From Candidatus Poribacteria bacterium (lineage in GTDB: Bacteria > Poribacteria > WGA-4E > GCA-2687025): 64,000 bases of DNA. Positions 28,301 to 36,786 of this stretch are shown piece by piece. The stretch spans positions 384,001-448,000 of the forward strand of contig OY762492.1 of assembly GCA_963665845.2 (NCBI GenBank), given 5' to 3'. The stretch's first letter is position 1, and the number at the start of each line of letters is the position of its first letter. Under the pieces are notes generated by a model. That model had not been told where the DNA came from and did no database searches. It was given only the letters and a program-made list of their open reading frames with translations. The position numbers were made by a program, and so were the translations under genes.

Positions 28301-30672
28301 CCATCGACAGGCTGCGGCAGGTTCATTCCCGTCTCGCCGTTTCCGCCTTTGCCGTCTCCAGTCGGGAGCGCCGGGGCGCCTGTCTCGCCGTCCCCGCCTC
28401 CCGGGAGCGCGGACGGGGCTTCCCCCGGCAGTTCTGGAGTATCGCTCAACGGCAGGGACGGAATGCGCTGCTCCGGCGTGCTTTTCTGAAGCGTCTGAAA
28501 CAGGCTGTCCTGGACATCTTCGGTCAACTTCGCCCAGACGCCGACGGTGCGGTTGTACCGCTCGCCGTCGCTGATTTCGCCCGCTTGATACTGCTCCTGA
28601 ATCTGCCGCACCTCCTCTTCTGCCTGACTGCGCAGAGCCGCCTTGTCGACAGGCAGCACAAAGTCGGTGATTGCAAGCGACAGCCCCGAAATGGTCGCAT
28701 ATTTGAACCCGATGTCTTTCAGATGGTCAAGCATCTCCACGGCGCGCCGGTTGCCAAGCTGCTCAAAACAGTCCGAGACCAGCCTGTCCAGCTCCTTGGT
28801 TTTCATTTCACGGTTGATGAACGGCAGTCGAACCGTTTCGCCGTGTATGTCCTCGCACTCCCACAGCATCTCTTTTGGAAGGTTCTGATTGAACAGAACC
28901 CTGCCGGGCGTCGTCTGAATGACGCCGCTGTACCCGTCCGAGTCGATGCGCACATTGACCCATTCATGGATGCCGATCTTGTTGGTCTCGTAGGCGTAGA
29001 TCACATCTTCGGGGTTGGCGAAGCTGAGCGTTCGTTTCTCTTCGCTGCCGTCCGTTTCCCCGTCGATATGCCCGCCCCGCCCCAGCCTGTATTTGGAGTT
29101 CTTTTCCACATCTTTGGTGAGGTAGTTGCATCCAAGCACCATGTCCAGCTCTGGGACGGCGACGGGGTTGCCATGCGCGGGCTTCAAAATGTTCCGCGTG
29201 GACGAAAGCAGGAATTTCGCCTCAATCTGCGCTTCCGGCGAGAGCGGAACATGGACGGCCATCTGATCGCCGTCAAAATCCGCATTGAACGCCGAGCAGA
29301 CGAGCGGATGAATCCGTATCGCCTTTCCTTCCACCAGATGCGGTTGAAACGCCTGGATGCCGAGGCGGTGCAGCGTCGGCGCCCTGTTTAGAAGAACAGG
29401 ATGCTCCTCAATCACCTCCTCCAGAGCCTCCCAGACTTCGTCGTCCAGATCCTCTACCATGTTCTTGGCGTGCTTGATCGTGACGTTGTGGTCGCGCTCC
29501 TGGAGCTTGCGTATGACGAACGGCTTGAACAGGTCCAGCGCCATCTTTTTCGGCAGCCCGCACTGATGCAGTTTCAGTTCCGGACCGACGACGATGACGG
29601 CGCGCCCCGAATAGTCGACCCGTTTTCCGAGCAGGTTTTGTCGGAACCGCCCCTGTTTGCCTTTCAGCATGACGCTCAACGATTTCATCGGGCGGTTGTT
29701 ATGCCCCTTGATTTCGCGTCCATGTTTTCCGTTGTCGATGATCGCATCAACCGATTCTTGCAGCATGCGCCGTTCGTTGCGCAGGATCAGGTCCGGCGCG
29801 CTCATGCCGGACAGCTTGCGCAGCCGGTTGTTTCGGTTGATGATGCGCCTGTACAGGTCGTTCAGGTCGGAGCTGGCGAATCGGCCGCCGTCCAGGGCGA
29901 CGAGCGGGCGCAGCTCCGGCGGCATGACCGGCAGCGATTCGATGATCATCCATGAGGGATGGTTTCCGCTTTTTTGAAAGGCGCGCAGCGCGCCGAGGCG
30001 CTTGCGTATCTTCTGCTGCTTCATCTTGGAGGCGGTCGCGGCAAGCTCCGCTTCCAGATCCGCCGTTTCCTCCTCAAGCGACATGTTGTCGAGAGCTTCC
30101 TTGACAGCGGCGGCGCCCGTGTCGACGCGGAAGCGGAAGCCTTGCTTCAGCAGCTCTTGGCGCCGTTCGTCCGTGATGATCTCTTTGACCTCCAGCGGGC
30201 TGTCGCCGGGGTCCAGCGTCAAATACGCCTCGTAATAGACGACCCGCTCCAGCTCTTTGGGGGACATGTCCATGAGAAGGCTCAGGTAGCTCGGATAGCC
30301 CCTGAAGAACCAGATATGCGTCACCGGCGCGGCGAGCTGGATGTACCCCATCTTGCGCCGCCGCACATCCGATTTCGTCACCTCGACTCCGCACCGTTCG
30401 CAGACCACATCCTTATGCTTCACGCGCTTATATTTGCCGCAGTAGCATTCCCAGTCTTTGACCGGCCCGAAGATCGCCTCGCAAAAAAGGCCGTCCCGTT
30501 CGGGCTTGAAGGTCCGGTAGTTGATCGTTTCGGGCTTTTTCACCTCGCCGGTGTTGAACGAGCGCGGGTTGGCAGGTTTTGCCCATTCCCGTATCATTTC
30601 AGGGGACGCCAGATGTATTCCGATGGCGTCAAATCGACGCGCGCTGCGGGTCGTTAAAAATCGGTCCAACAT
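25333..30672 (-). CDS. rpoC: DNA-directed RNA polymerase subunit beta' with lineage-specific inserts
   Basis: [25 protein letters not shown], Zn finger, [16 protein letters not shown]. Confidence 0.99.
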   Translation of the reverse strand: MLDRFLTTRSARRFDAIGIHLASPEMIREWAKPANPRSFNTGEVKKPETINYRTFKPERDGLFCEAIFGPVKDWECYCGKYKRVKHKDVVCERCGVEVTKSDVRRRKMGYIQLAAPVTHIWFFRGYPSYLSLLMDMSPKELERVVYYEAYLTLDPGDSPLEVKEIITDERRQELLKQGFRFRVDTGAAAVKEALDNMSLEEETADLEAELAATASKMKQQKIRKRLGALRAFQKSGNHPSWMIIESLPVMPPELRPLVALDGGRFASSDLNDLYRRIINRNNRLRKLSGMSAPDLILRNERRMLQESVDAIIDNGKHGREIKGHNNRPMKSLSVMLKGKQGRFRQNLLGKRVDYSGRAVIVVGPELKLHQCGLPKKMALDLFKPFVIRKLQERDHNVTIKHAKNMVEDLDDEVWEALEEVIEEHPVLLNRAPTLHRLGIQAFQPHLVEGKAIRIHPLVCSAFNADFDGDQMAVHVPLSPEAQIEAKFLLSSTRNILKPAHGNPVAVPELDMVLGCNYLTKDVEKNSKYRLGRGGHIDGETDGSEEKRTLSFANPEDVIYAYETNKIGIHEWVNVRIDSDGYSGVIQTTPGRVLFNQNLPKEMLWECEDIHGETVRLPFINREMKTKELDRLVSDCFEQLGNRRAVEMLDHLKDIGFKYATISGLSLAITDFVLPVDKAALRSQAEEEVRQIQEQYQAGEISDGERYNRTVGVWAKLTEDVQDSLFQTLQKSTPEQRIPSLPLSDTPELPGEAPSALPGGGDGETGAPALPTGDGKGGNGETGMNLPQPVDGALSADESYARGFNPEHIMADSGARARYDQMRQISGMRGLMAKPDGSIIETPIFTSLREGLSVLEFFISTHGARKGLADTAVKTSQSGYLTRKLVDVAQDVIVTEEDCGAMDGVLKTMIEADEEGSTLANVAIGRVAAKDILDPADGSVLIEAGELVTAEKAKRIDDAEVYEATFRSPLNCEAATGVCRMCYGADLSTHRLVDIGEAVGIIAAQSIGEPGTQLTMRTFHTGGAATAGTGEEAVVRVRAREGRAVFRNLETAERPNGDLIALRNGRLIVEGDGGREIENRRVPAGSVLQVQDGQRVEKEMPLFREPDYVPVLTKTAGIVRFEEIIQGDTMEESIDEATGQRDLVITEYREKIPRIKIVAEHGENAGNEIESYILPTHARLSVKEGESVSPGDTLARVPLETAKTSDIVSGLPRVQALFEASKPKDPAIITEIDGEVSFDRRVRNQQIVRVTPKDAPDNFREYKISIGKFIRVQEGDHVVAGDKLTEGLENPHDLLDVKGRDETYRHLVREIKAVYRRQGERINDKHVEVIIRQMMRKVQITDRGDSDFLVGEMATHGAFQRENRRILGTKISREETISIDDIQDGHLGGVLAEDVDNPAGGILARKGDKMTKKLIQQLRRASIPERIETATLEEAETTYYQSKLAEDVVLPDGTVLAENGASVTKKLVEMLGKQVVADTPEQISVDAAENEYRDCKIAADIPAPAGYLFAEKGSVLTKKLITRLRKAGEKTLEVAAESEESGTQIIAVSLTEAEKEHYQSTLPVDAAAPEGFFLAKKGDVITKSLAQQLRRDAIETLEAYRELPAVETIQVAIEKPYVSEVTLVLEQEARPAQAMPILQGIKRASLSTDSFISAASFEETTRVLANAAAYGRWDALTGLKENLIMGRLIPAGTGIPSNRQVEAQPVERIMRQDAIPQLPPEDPEETEADSVDENVDDSIDAALFSVLNAVSQEDSADYPLDETADDDPFYSAEDGESAEE

Positions 30673-30702
30673 GAATCATCTCTCCTTATGTTACGACTGG
30701 GT

Positions 30703-33700
30703 TCAATCGCCTGCCGCAATCTGCGAATCTTCAAACGGCGACTCCGTCTCTTCTTCCGCGTCAGGCTCTCTGCTCATCCGCTCCGCGCCAGGCTCCTCAA
30801 GCGTCACATCCAAGCACAAGCTCTGAAGCTCCTTCACCAACACATTGAACGACTCCGGTATGCCGGGGTCGGGCGTGTTTTCGCCTTTCACCATCGCCTC
30901 ATAGACGCGCGCTCTGCCGCCGACATCGTCCGATTTGATTGTCAACAGCTCCTGAAGCAGATGCGAAGCGCCGTACGCTTCCAAAGCCCACACCTCCATT
31001 TCGCCGAACCGCTGCCCGCCGAGCTGCGCCTTCCCGCCGAGCGGCTGCTGCGTCACCAGCGAATACGGACCGATCGCGCGCGCATGCAGCTTGTCTGCGG
31101 CAAGATGGTTCAGCTTCAAAATGTAATGAACGCCGACTGCCACCTTCTGATGAAACGCCTCGCCGGTGCGCCCGTCGTAAAGCGTCACTTTACCGCTCGG
31201 CGGCAAGCCCGCTTTGACCAGCTCCTCCTGAATCTCCGTCTCGCTGGCGCCATCAAATACCGGCGTGGACACTTTGAAGCCCCGCCGCTCCGCCGCCCAG
31301 CCCAGATGCGTTTCCAAAATTTGCCCGACATTCATGCGTCCAGGCACGCCAAGCGGGTTCAGCACCATGTCCACCGGCTGCCCGTCCTCCAGATACGGCA
31401 TGTCCTCAATCGGCAGTATCTTGGCGATGACGCCTTTGTTGCCGTGCCGACCCGACAGCTTGTCGCCGACCGAAATTTTGCGTTTGGCGGCGATATACGC
31501 CTTGACCAGCTTGAGAACGCCCGGCTTCAGCTCGTCGCCCTTGCGTATCTTTTCGATCTTTTCGTTTTTTTCTTCATTGACCTCTCGGATGCGCGCGTTG
31601 GCGAATTGACGCGCCTGGCGCACCTGATCCATCGCCTCCCGGTCGGCGACAGCGATATGGTCAATGTCCTGCGCCGCTTCGATCATCTCGTCCGTGACCG
31701 TCTCGCCCGGCTCTCCGATGTCGCCTTTTCCGTCCATCGCCGGCGCCGGCGCGGACAGCGTTTCGCCAATCAACAGCCGTTTCATATGCTGGCGCAGACC
31801 CTGGCGAATCAGCGAGACGCGGTTTTGGCACTGCTGCTCCGCCTCCATGACCGCCGCCTCTTCGCGCAGCTCGCTTTGGCGGTCGCGGTCGCGCTCTTTT
31901 CGGGCGAAGACGCGCGTGTCGATGACGACCCCCTCCGCGCCGGGACGCGCTTCAAGCGAGGCGTCTTTATACTCTTTCACCTTGTCGCCGAAAATGGCGC
32001 GCAGCAGCTTCTCCTCCGGACCCAGCTCGCTTTCCCCCTTCGGCGCGATCTTTCCGACAAGAATTTCCCACGGCTCCACATAGGAGCCAACCTGCACAAC
32101 CCCCTCTTCGTCCAGGTTGCGCAGCGCCTCCTCGCTCTTGTTCGGGATGTCGCGCGTGATCTCCTCATTTCCAAGCTTCGTGTCGCGCGCCTCAATATCG
32201 CACTCTTTGATGTGTATGGAGGTCAGAATGTCGTCCCGCACCAGCCGCTCGCTGATGAGTATCGCATCCTCAAAATTGTAACCGTCCCACGGCATGAACG
32301 CCACCAGCACATTCGCGCCGACGGCGATCTCTCCTTTGTCGGTTGAGCTGCCGTCCGCAATCACATCGCCCGCCGCGACCTGTTGACCCTTCAGCACAAT
32401 CGGGCGCTGGTCAACCAGCGTGTCGCTGTTGGAGCGTTTGTATTTTTTGAGTTGGTAGACGTCGTACCCCATGTCGCTGAACGAGTATTCGCCCTCCTCC
32501 AGCTTGAGGCTGTCCTGGCGCGCCTCGCCGCTTCTGACGATGATCTCGTCCGCGGTGACGCTTTCGACAACGCCGCCGTTTTTGGCGACGACGACCGCGC
32601 CTGAATCGAGCGCCGCCTTCTGTTCAACGCCGGTGCCGACGACGGGCGAGTCCGGCTTCAACAGCGGCACCGCCTGACCCTGGTAATTGGCGCCCATCAA
32701 CGCGCGCACCGCGTCGTCATGCTCCAAAAATGGAATGAGCGACGCCGAGATGCCGACCAGCTGCTTCGGCGAGACGTCAATATAGTCGACGTTTCCCGTG
32801 TCGTTGATCGGATAGTCGCCTTGGTGGCGGGTGATGATTTCTCCGCCCTGAAGAGCGCCGTCTTCCGCCCGGAGCGTGTTGCCTGGGGCGATGACGCATA
32901 CATCCTCCCGGTCCGCCGTGAGATATTCGATGGCGCCATCGACCGCCTTGCCCTGTTCAACCTTCTGGTAGGGCGTTTCGAGAAAGCCGTATTCGTTCAC
33001 CTTTGTGTAGACGCTGAGGTACAGTATCAGCCCGACGCCGGGACCCTCCGGCGTTTGAATAGGGCAGATGCGCCCGTAGTGGGTGTGGTGAACGTCGCGG
33101 GCGTCGTAGGTGGCGCGCTCTCGGCTCAAGCCGCCCGGGCCGAGCGCCGTGATGCGCCGGCGGTGGACAAGCTCGTCCAGCGGGTTGTTTTGAGACATGA
33201 ACTGCGACAGCTGGCTGCTTCCAAAAAAGTCTTTCAGCGCGCTCATGAGCGGTTTTGGAATGATGAAGTCGTTCGGCGTTTTCTGTTCGATCTCCTGCGC
33301 CAGCCCCGTCATTCGGTCGCGTATGTTGCGCGCGATGCGGTACAGCCCCTGCCGAACCACATTTTCGATCAGTTCGCCGACAGCGCGCACCCGCCGATTT
33401 GCAAGATGGTCAACATCGTCCAGCCCGCGCTTGCCGTACATCACGTCCAGCATTTGACGCAGCGCCGCCCGAATATCCCGCTGGTCGAGAGTCCGCTTGG
33501 TCGGGTCAATCCCTTCGCCAGGTCTATGCAGCTTCTTGTTGATCTGGTACCGTCCGACGCGCGACAGGTCGTACCGCCCCTCAAGAAAATAGAGGCTCTC
33601 AATGCGCTGCTTCGCGGCGTCGTATGCGACCCTGTCGTCGCCCGGCTGAATGCAGTAGTAGGTCGAGTACACCGCTTCTTCGACATCCTGCGTATCGTCC

Positions 33701-35220
33701 TTCGCCAGCGAGTTTAGAATCGGTTCCGCCCACTTTGCCGCGTCAAATCGAACGACGGAGCGTTTTGCGGCGGCAAAAAGCTCTTCCGTTAAAGCGTCGC
33801 CGGCTTTCGCGATGATGTCGCCCGTCTCCGCGTCCACCGCGTCCTCGGCGAGCGGCTCCTCCAGACACAGATGCAAGTTCCCCGCGTTCGCTTCCATCGT
33901 TTCAGGCGCGACGACAACATGCGTAACGCCTTCGTCGGTCAGGAGGCGCAGCAGCTCTCCGTCCAGCGTCTGCCCGGCGGAAAGCAGTTTCTCATCCGCT
34001 TCGTTGCGTATGTTGACGGCAGAAATGCGCCCGATGAGACGTTTCAACGGATTGCCGGCAGGGATCTCATCAACTCCGTATTCCTCTTCATCAACGGGAA
34101 CAATCGCGCCGCTGTCCGCGTCCGCATCGTCTTTAACCAAAACGGAAATGCGGCGCGTTTCAAAGCCGTCCGCGTCGTCAACAATCTCTTCGGTCAAAGG
34201 ATCGCCCTTGAACGCAAACACCTCGCCCGTCTCCGTGTCGAAGGCGTCCTCGGCGAGCGGGAAGCCGAGGTAGTCCAGCGCGTTCTCCGCGTTCAGCGCA
34301 ACAACCTCTCCGGACGGAGGCGCATACAGCAGCGGCGCGTCGTACACGACTAGAGAGGCGTCCACCTCCTGCGCCTCGGCGACGATGCTTTCGTCTAAAA
34401 CCTCCCCCTTGAACGCAAACACTTCGCCCGTTTCCGTATCGACGGCGTCCTCGGCGAGGGGTTTGCCGATCCAGTCAAGAGCGTCGTCGGCGTCCAGCTC
34501 TTTTCGGGCGTACAGGTCGTAGCTTTCCGGCTTGAAAAAGCCGCTGACAATCTCTTCGTCGGAACCTTTTGCGCCGTCTTCAAACGCAAACAGCGCGCGA
34601 AGAAAGGTGGCGGCGGGCTGGCGTTTATGCTTGTCCGCGCGCGCGTGAATCACATTGTTCGCGTCTGATTCAAACTCAAGCCAGCCGCCGCGTATCGGGA
34701 TCAGCTGGGCGGTGTAGGTTTTGCGCCCGCTCGTTTGCGTCTCCTCTTTGAAGATGACGCCGGGGGAGCGGTGCAGCTGGCTGACGACGACCCGCTCAAC
34801 GCCGTTCACAATGAAGGTGCCGCGCTCGGTCATGAGCGGTATCTCGCCCATATACACCTCCGATTCGCGCGCCTCCTTGATGCGCTTCTCGTCGCTGTCG
34901 GGGTCGTCCTCCTTCAGGATGAACCGCACCTTCACTTTGAGCGGGATCGCGTAGGTCATCCCGCGGTCGGAGCATTCGTCAATGTCGTATTTCGGTTTGC
35001 CGAGCGAGTAGGAGACGTATTCGATGGACGCTTCTTTTTTGTAATCCTCCGCCTTCAGCATTTCTCTGAAGACCGATTCAAGGCCTTTGTCGGCTCGTTC
35101 GTCCGGCTCAACGCCTCTCTGCAAGAAGTCGTCGTACGATTTTTTTTGAATTTCGATCAGGTTCGGAAGTTCCAGCGCTTCGGGTATCTTGCCGTAAGAA
35201 CGACGCGCGGGCGTGGGCAT
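30703..35220 (-). CDS. rpoB: DNA-directed RNA polymerase subunit beta with repeated inserts
   Basis: SQLHRSPG, GDKLSGRHGNKG and GGQRFGEME motifs; AGGAGG RBS before ATG 35220. Confidence 0.99.
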   Translation of the reverse strand: MPTPARRSYGKIPEALELPNLIEIQKKSYDDFLQRGVEPDERADKGLESVFREMLKAEDYKKEASIEYVSYSLGKPKYDIDECSDRGMTYAIPLKVKVRFILKEDDPDSDEKRIKEARESEVYMGEIPLMTERGTFIVNGVERVVVSQLHRSPGVIFKEETQTSGRKTYTAQLIPIRGGWLEFESDANNVIHARADKHKRQPAATFLRALFAFEDGAKGSDEEIVSGFFKPESYDLYARKELDADDALDWIGKPLAEDAVDTETGEVFAFKGEVLDESIVAEAQEVDASLVVYDAPLLYAPPSGEVVALNAENALDYLGFPLAEDAFDTETGEVFAFKGDPLTEEIVDDADGFETRRISVLVKDDADADSGAIVPVDEEEYGVDEIPAGNPLKRLIGRISAVNIRNEADEKLLSAGQTLDGELLRLLTDEGVTHVVVAPETMEANAGNLHLCLEEPLAEDAVDAETGDIIAKAGDALTEELFAAAKRSVVRFDAAKWAEPILNSLAKDDTQDVEEAVYSTYYCIQPGDDRVAYDAAKQRIESLYFLEGRYDLSRVGRYQINKKLHRPGEGIDPTKRTLDQRDIRAALRQMLDVMYGKRGLDDVDHLANRRVRAVGELIENVVRQGLYRIARNIRDRMTGLAQEIEQKTPNDFIIPKPLMSALKDFFGSSQLSQFMSQNNPLDELVHRRRITALGPGGLSRERATYDARDVHHTHYGRICPIQTPEGPGVGLILYLSVYTKVNEYGFLETPYQKVEQGKAVDGAIEYLTADREDVCVIAPGNTLRAEDGALQGGEIITRHQGDYPINDTGNVDYIDVSPKQLVGISASLIPFLEHDDAVRALMGANYQGQAVPLLKPDSPVVGTGVEQKAALDSGAVVVAKNGGVVESVTADEIIVRSGEARQDSLKLEEGEYSFSDMGYDVYQLKKYKRSNSDTLVDQRPIVLKGQQVAAGDVIADGSSTDKGEIAVGANVLVAFMPWDGYNFEDAILISERLVRDDILTSIHIKECDIEARDTKLGNEEITRDIPNKSEEALRNLDEEGVVQVGSYVEPWEILVGKIAPKGESELGPEEKLLRAIFGDKVKEYKDASLEARPGAEGVVIDTRVFARKERDRDRQSELREEAAVMEAEQQCQNRVSLIRQGLRQHMKRLLIGETLSAPAPAMDGKGDIGEPGETVTDEMIEAAQDIDHIAVADREAMDQVRQARQFANARIREVNEEKNEKIEKIRKGDELKPGVLKLVKAYIAAKRKISVGDKLSGRHGNKGVIAKILPIEDMPYLEDGQPVDMVLNPLGVPGRMNVGQILETHLGWAAERRGFKVSTPVFDGASETEIQEELVKAGLPPSGKVTLYDGRTGEAFHQKVAVGVHYILKLNHLAADKLHARAIGPYSLVTQQPLGGKAQLGGQRFGEMEVWALEAYGASHLLQELLTIKSDDVGGRARVYEAMVKGENTPDPGIPESFNVLVKELQSLCLDVTLEEPGAERMSREPDAEEETESPFEDSQIAAGD

Positions 35221-35277
35221 AGTTCCTCCTGCATGAACGCGGCAAAATGTCGCAGTTGATGGACAGCATAGCATTAT

Positions 35278-35307
35278 ATTCTAAACTCAAGAACGGCGGC
35301 GTGTCAA
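35278..35307 (-). promoter_or_regulatory. Putative sigma70 promoter of rpoBC
   Basis: TTGACA-18 nt-TAGAAT on the minus strand. Confidence 0.7.
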
Positions 35308-35371
35308 ATAATTTATCCGTTTTGCGCTGAATTACGGCGTTTGAACGGACAAAACCTTCTTAATCGCCGCT

Positions 35372-36652
35372 TTAAGTCAGCAAGGCGCGCAGCTCCTCAG
35401 GCGCCGAATCGCCGCCCGCCCAGTCTAAAGGCGCGCCGTTGTTCTCTTGATCGCGTATGTCCAGACGGGCGCCCGCCTCCACGAGCGCCTTGACGAGCGG
35501 AATGTCGCGCCGATGCGCCGCGTAATGCAGAGCCGTCGTTCCCCATACGGCGACATTGTCGGGAACGGCGCCGCGTTCCAGCAGCGCATACGCCAGCGGC
35601 GCGTTCCCTCTCCATGCCGCCCATGTGAGAGGCGCGGCGTTCCAATGCGGGTCAGGGTCGTTCGCGCCGCCCGCCCGGTCAACGATGAGCAGCGCCGCCT
35701 CGTTGCGCGGGAGGCCGTCGTCAGGAAAGGCGGCGTAGGCGGCAAAATCAAGCGGGAGCCATCCGCCGAGTCCCGGCGGCGCAAAGCCCGCGTCGGCGCC
35801 TTGATCCAGTAAAAACTGCGCAGCGTTCAGCCGTCCGTTCAGGAGCGCCATGCACAGCGCTTCGCCCAGCAGTTCGCGCGGGTCGTCCGAGCGCCCTGTC
35901 TGTTCCCACCAGCCAATGTCCGCTAGGTTTGGGCGCGTCTCGGCGGCTTCAGGCAGAAGATGTCCGTCCGGTTGAAAGAAACGTTGAAGCGTCTCAATCC
36001 GCCCCGCCGCCGCGTTCATCCAGAAACCGACCGGCGCGACGCCTCGGTCGAGCCAATCTTGGGCGGCGTTGGCGCAGTCGGCATGCATCATGTTCGATTT
36101 CATCGAGAGAAAGGCGGGCTGCCGGCTTTCGTTCAAGGCGCCCGCTTCTATGAGCAGGTCTCTCATCTGCGGGTCGTTTGTCCAGAGGGCTTTGGACATT
36201 TCGGCTCCGCGCTGAATGAGCGCCCGCGCCATCTTTTCTTTTGTTTTAAAAGGCGCGTCCAGATCGACAACGATCTCTAGGAGCGTGTTGTTGTCGCGGA
36301 CGACAGCAAGCGCGGCTTCAGGGTTTTTTTCCAACGTTTTTTCTAAAGCTTCGGCGTCCGCATTTTCTACAGCCTGCAGCGCGGAGCCTTCCATGGACGC
36401 TTCGCCGAGCTGGACGACTCGCTTGGACAGCTCCTCCCAGCTGTTGAACTGCAGCTCCGCGGCGACAGCGCGCCGCGCTTCTTTTTCGGTTAAAGTCGTT
36501 GACGCGGCGCCATCGGGGAGATGCCGCTTTAAATAGGCGGACGCCCAGCGCAGCCCGTTTTGACGCGCCTCAACCAGCTCGCGCGCCTCCCGCGCATAAT
36601 AACCCGTATGCCCCCAGCTCCAGAGCGCATGATCGCGCCGCTGTCGGTTCAT
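35372..36652 (-). CDS. Ankyrin repeat protein
   Basis: PLTWAAWRGN, TALHYAA, LVEAGA.LDIRD..NGAPLDWA repeats. Confidence 0.88.
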   Translation of the reverse strand: MNRQRRDHALWSWGHTGYYAREARELVEARQNGLRWASAYLKRHLPDGAASTTLTEKEARRAVAAELQFNSWEELSKRVVQLGEASMEGSALQAVENADAEALEKTLEKNPEAALAVVRDNNTLLEIVVDLDAPFKTKEKMARALIQRGAEMSKALWTNDPQMRDLLIEAGALNESRQPAFLSMKSNMMHADCANAAQDWLDRGVAPVGFWMNAAAGRIETLQRFFQPDGHLLPEAAETRPNLADIGWWEQTGRSDDPRELLGEALCMALLNGRLNAAQFLLDQGADAGFAPPGLGGWLPLDFAAYAAFPDDGLPRNEAALLIVDRAGGANDPDPHWNAAPLTWAAWRGNAPLAYALLERGAVPDNVAVWGTTALHYAAHRRDIPLVKALVEAGARLDIRDQENNGAPLDWAGGDSAPEELRALLT

Positions 36653-36710
36653 CGCGTACTCCTGCGCGTTTTCCGCCGTCCGCCTCCTTCAGCCGGCATG
36701 TCCGCATAGA

Positions 36711-36739
36711 TGGACATTCGCCTTGCCTTCCTGTATGAT
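36711..36739 (+). promoter_or_regulatory. Putative sigma70 promoter
   Basis: TGGACA-17 nt-TATGAT upstream of ATG 36787. Confidence 0.5.
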
Positions 36740-36786
36740 GATACTGCCGAGCGCGGCAAACGGTTTCATGAAACGCATGGGTAGAG

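Noticed and set aside
28045-33717. Long plus-strand ORFs (448, 552 and 332 aa) opposite rpoBC
   Set aside because: Antisense shadows caused by high-GC codon bias; no recognisable domains.
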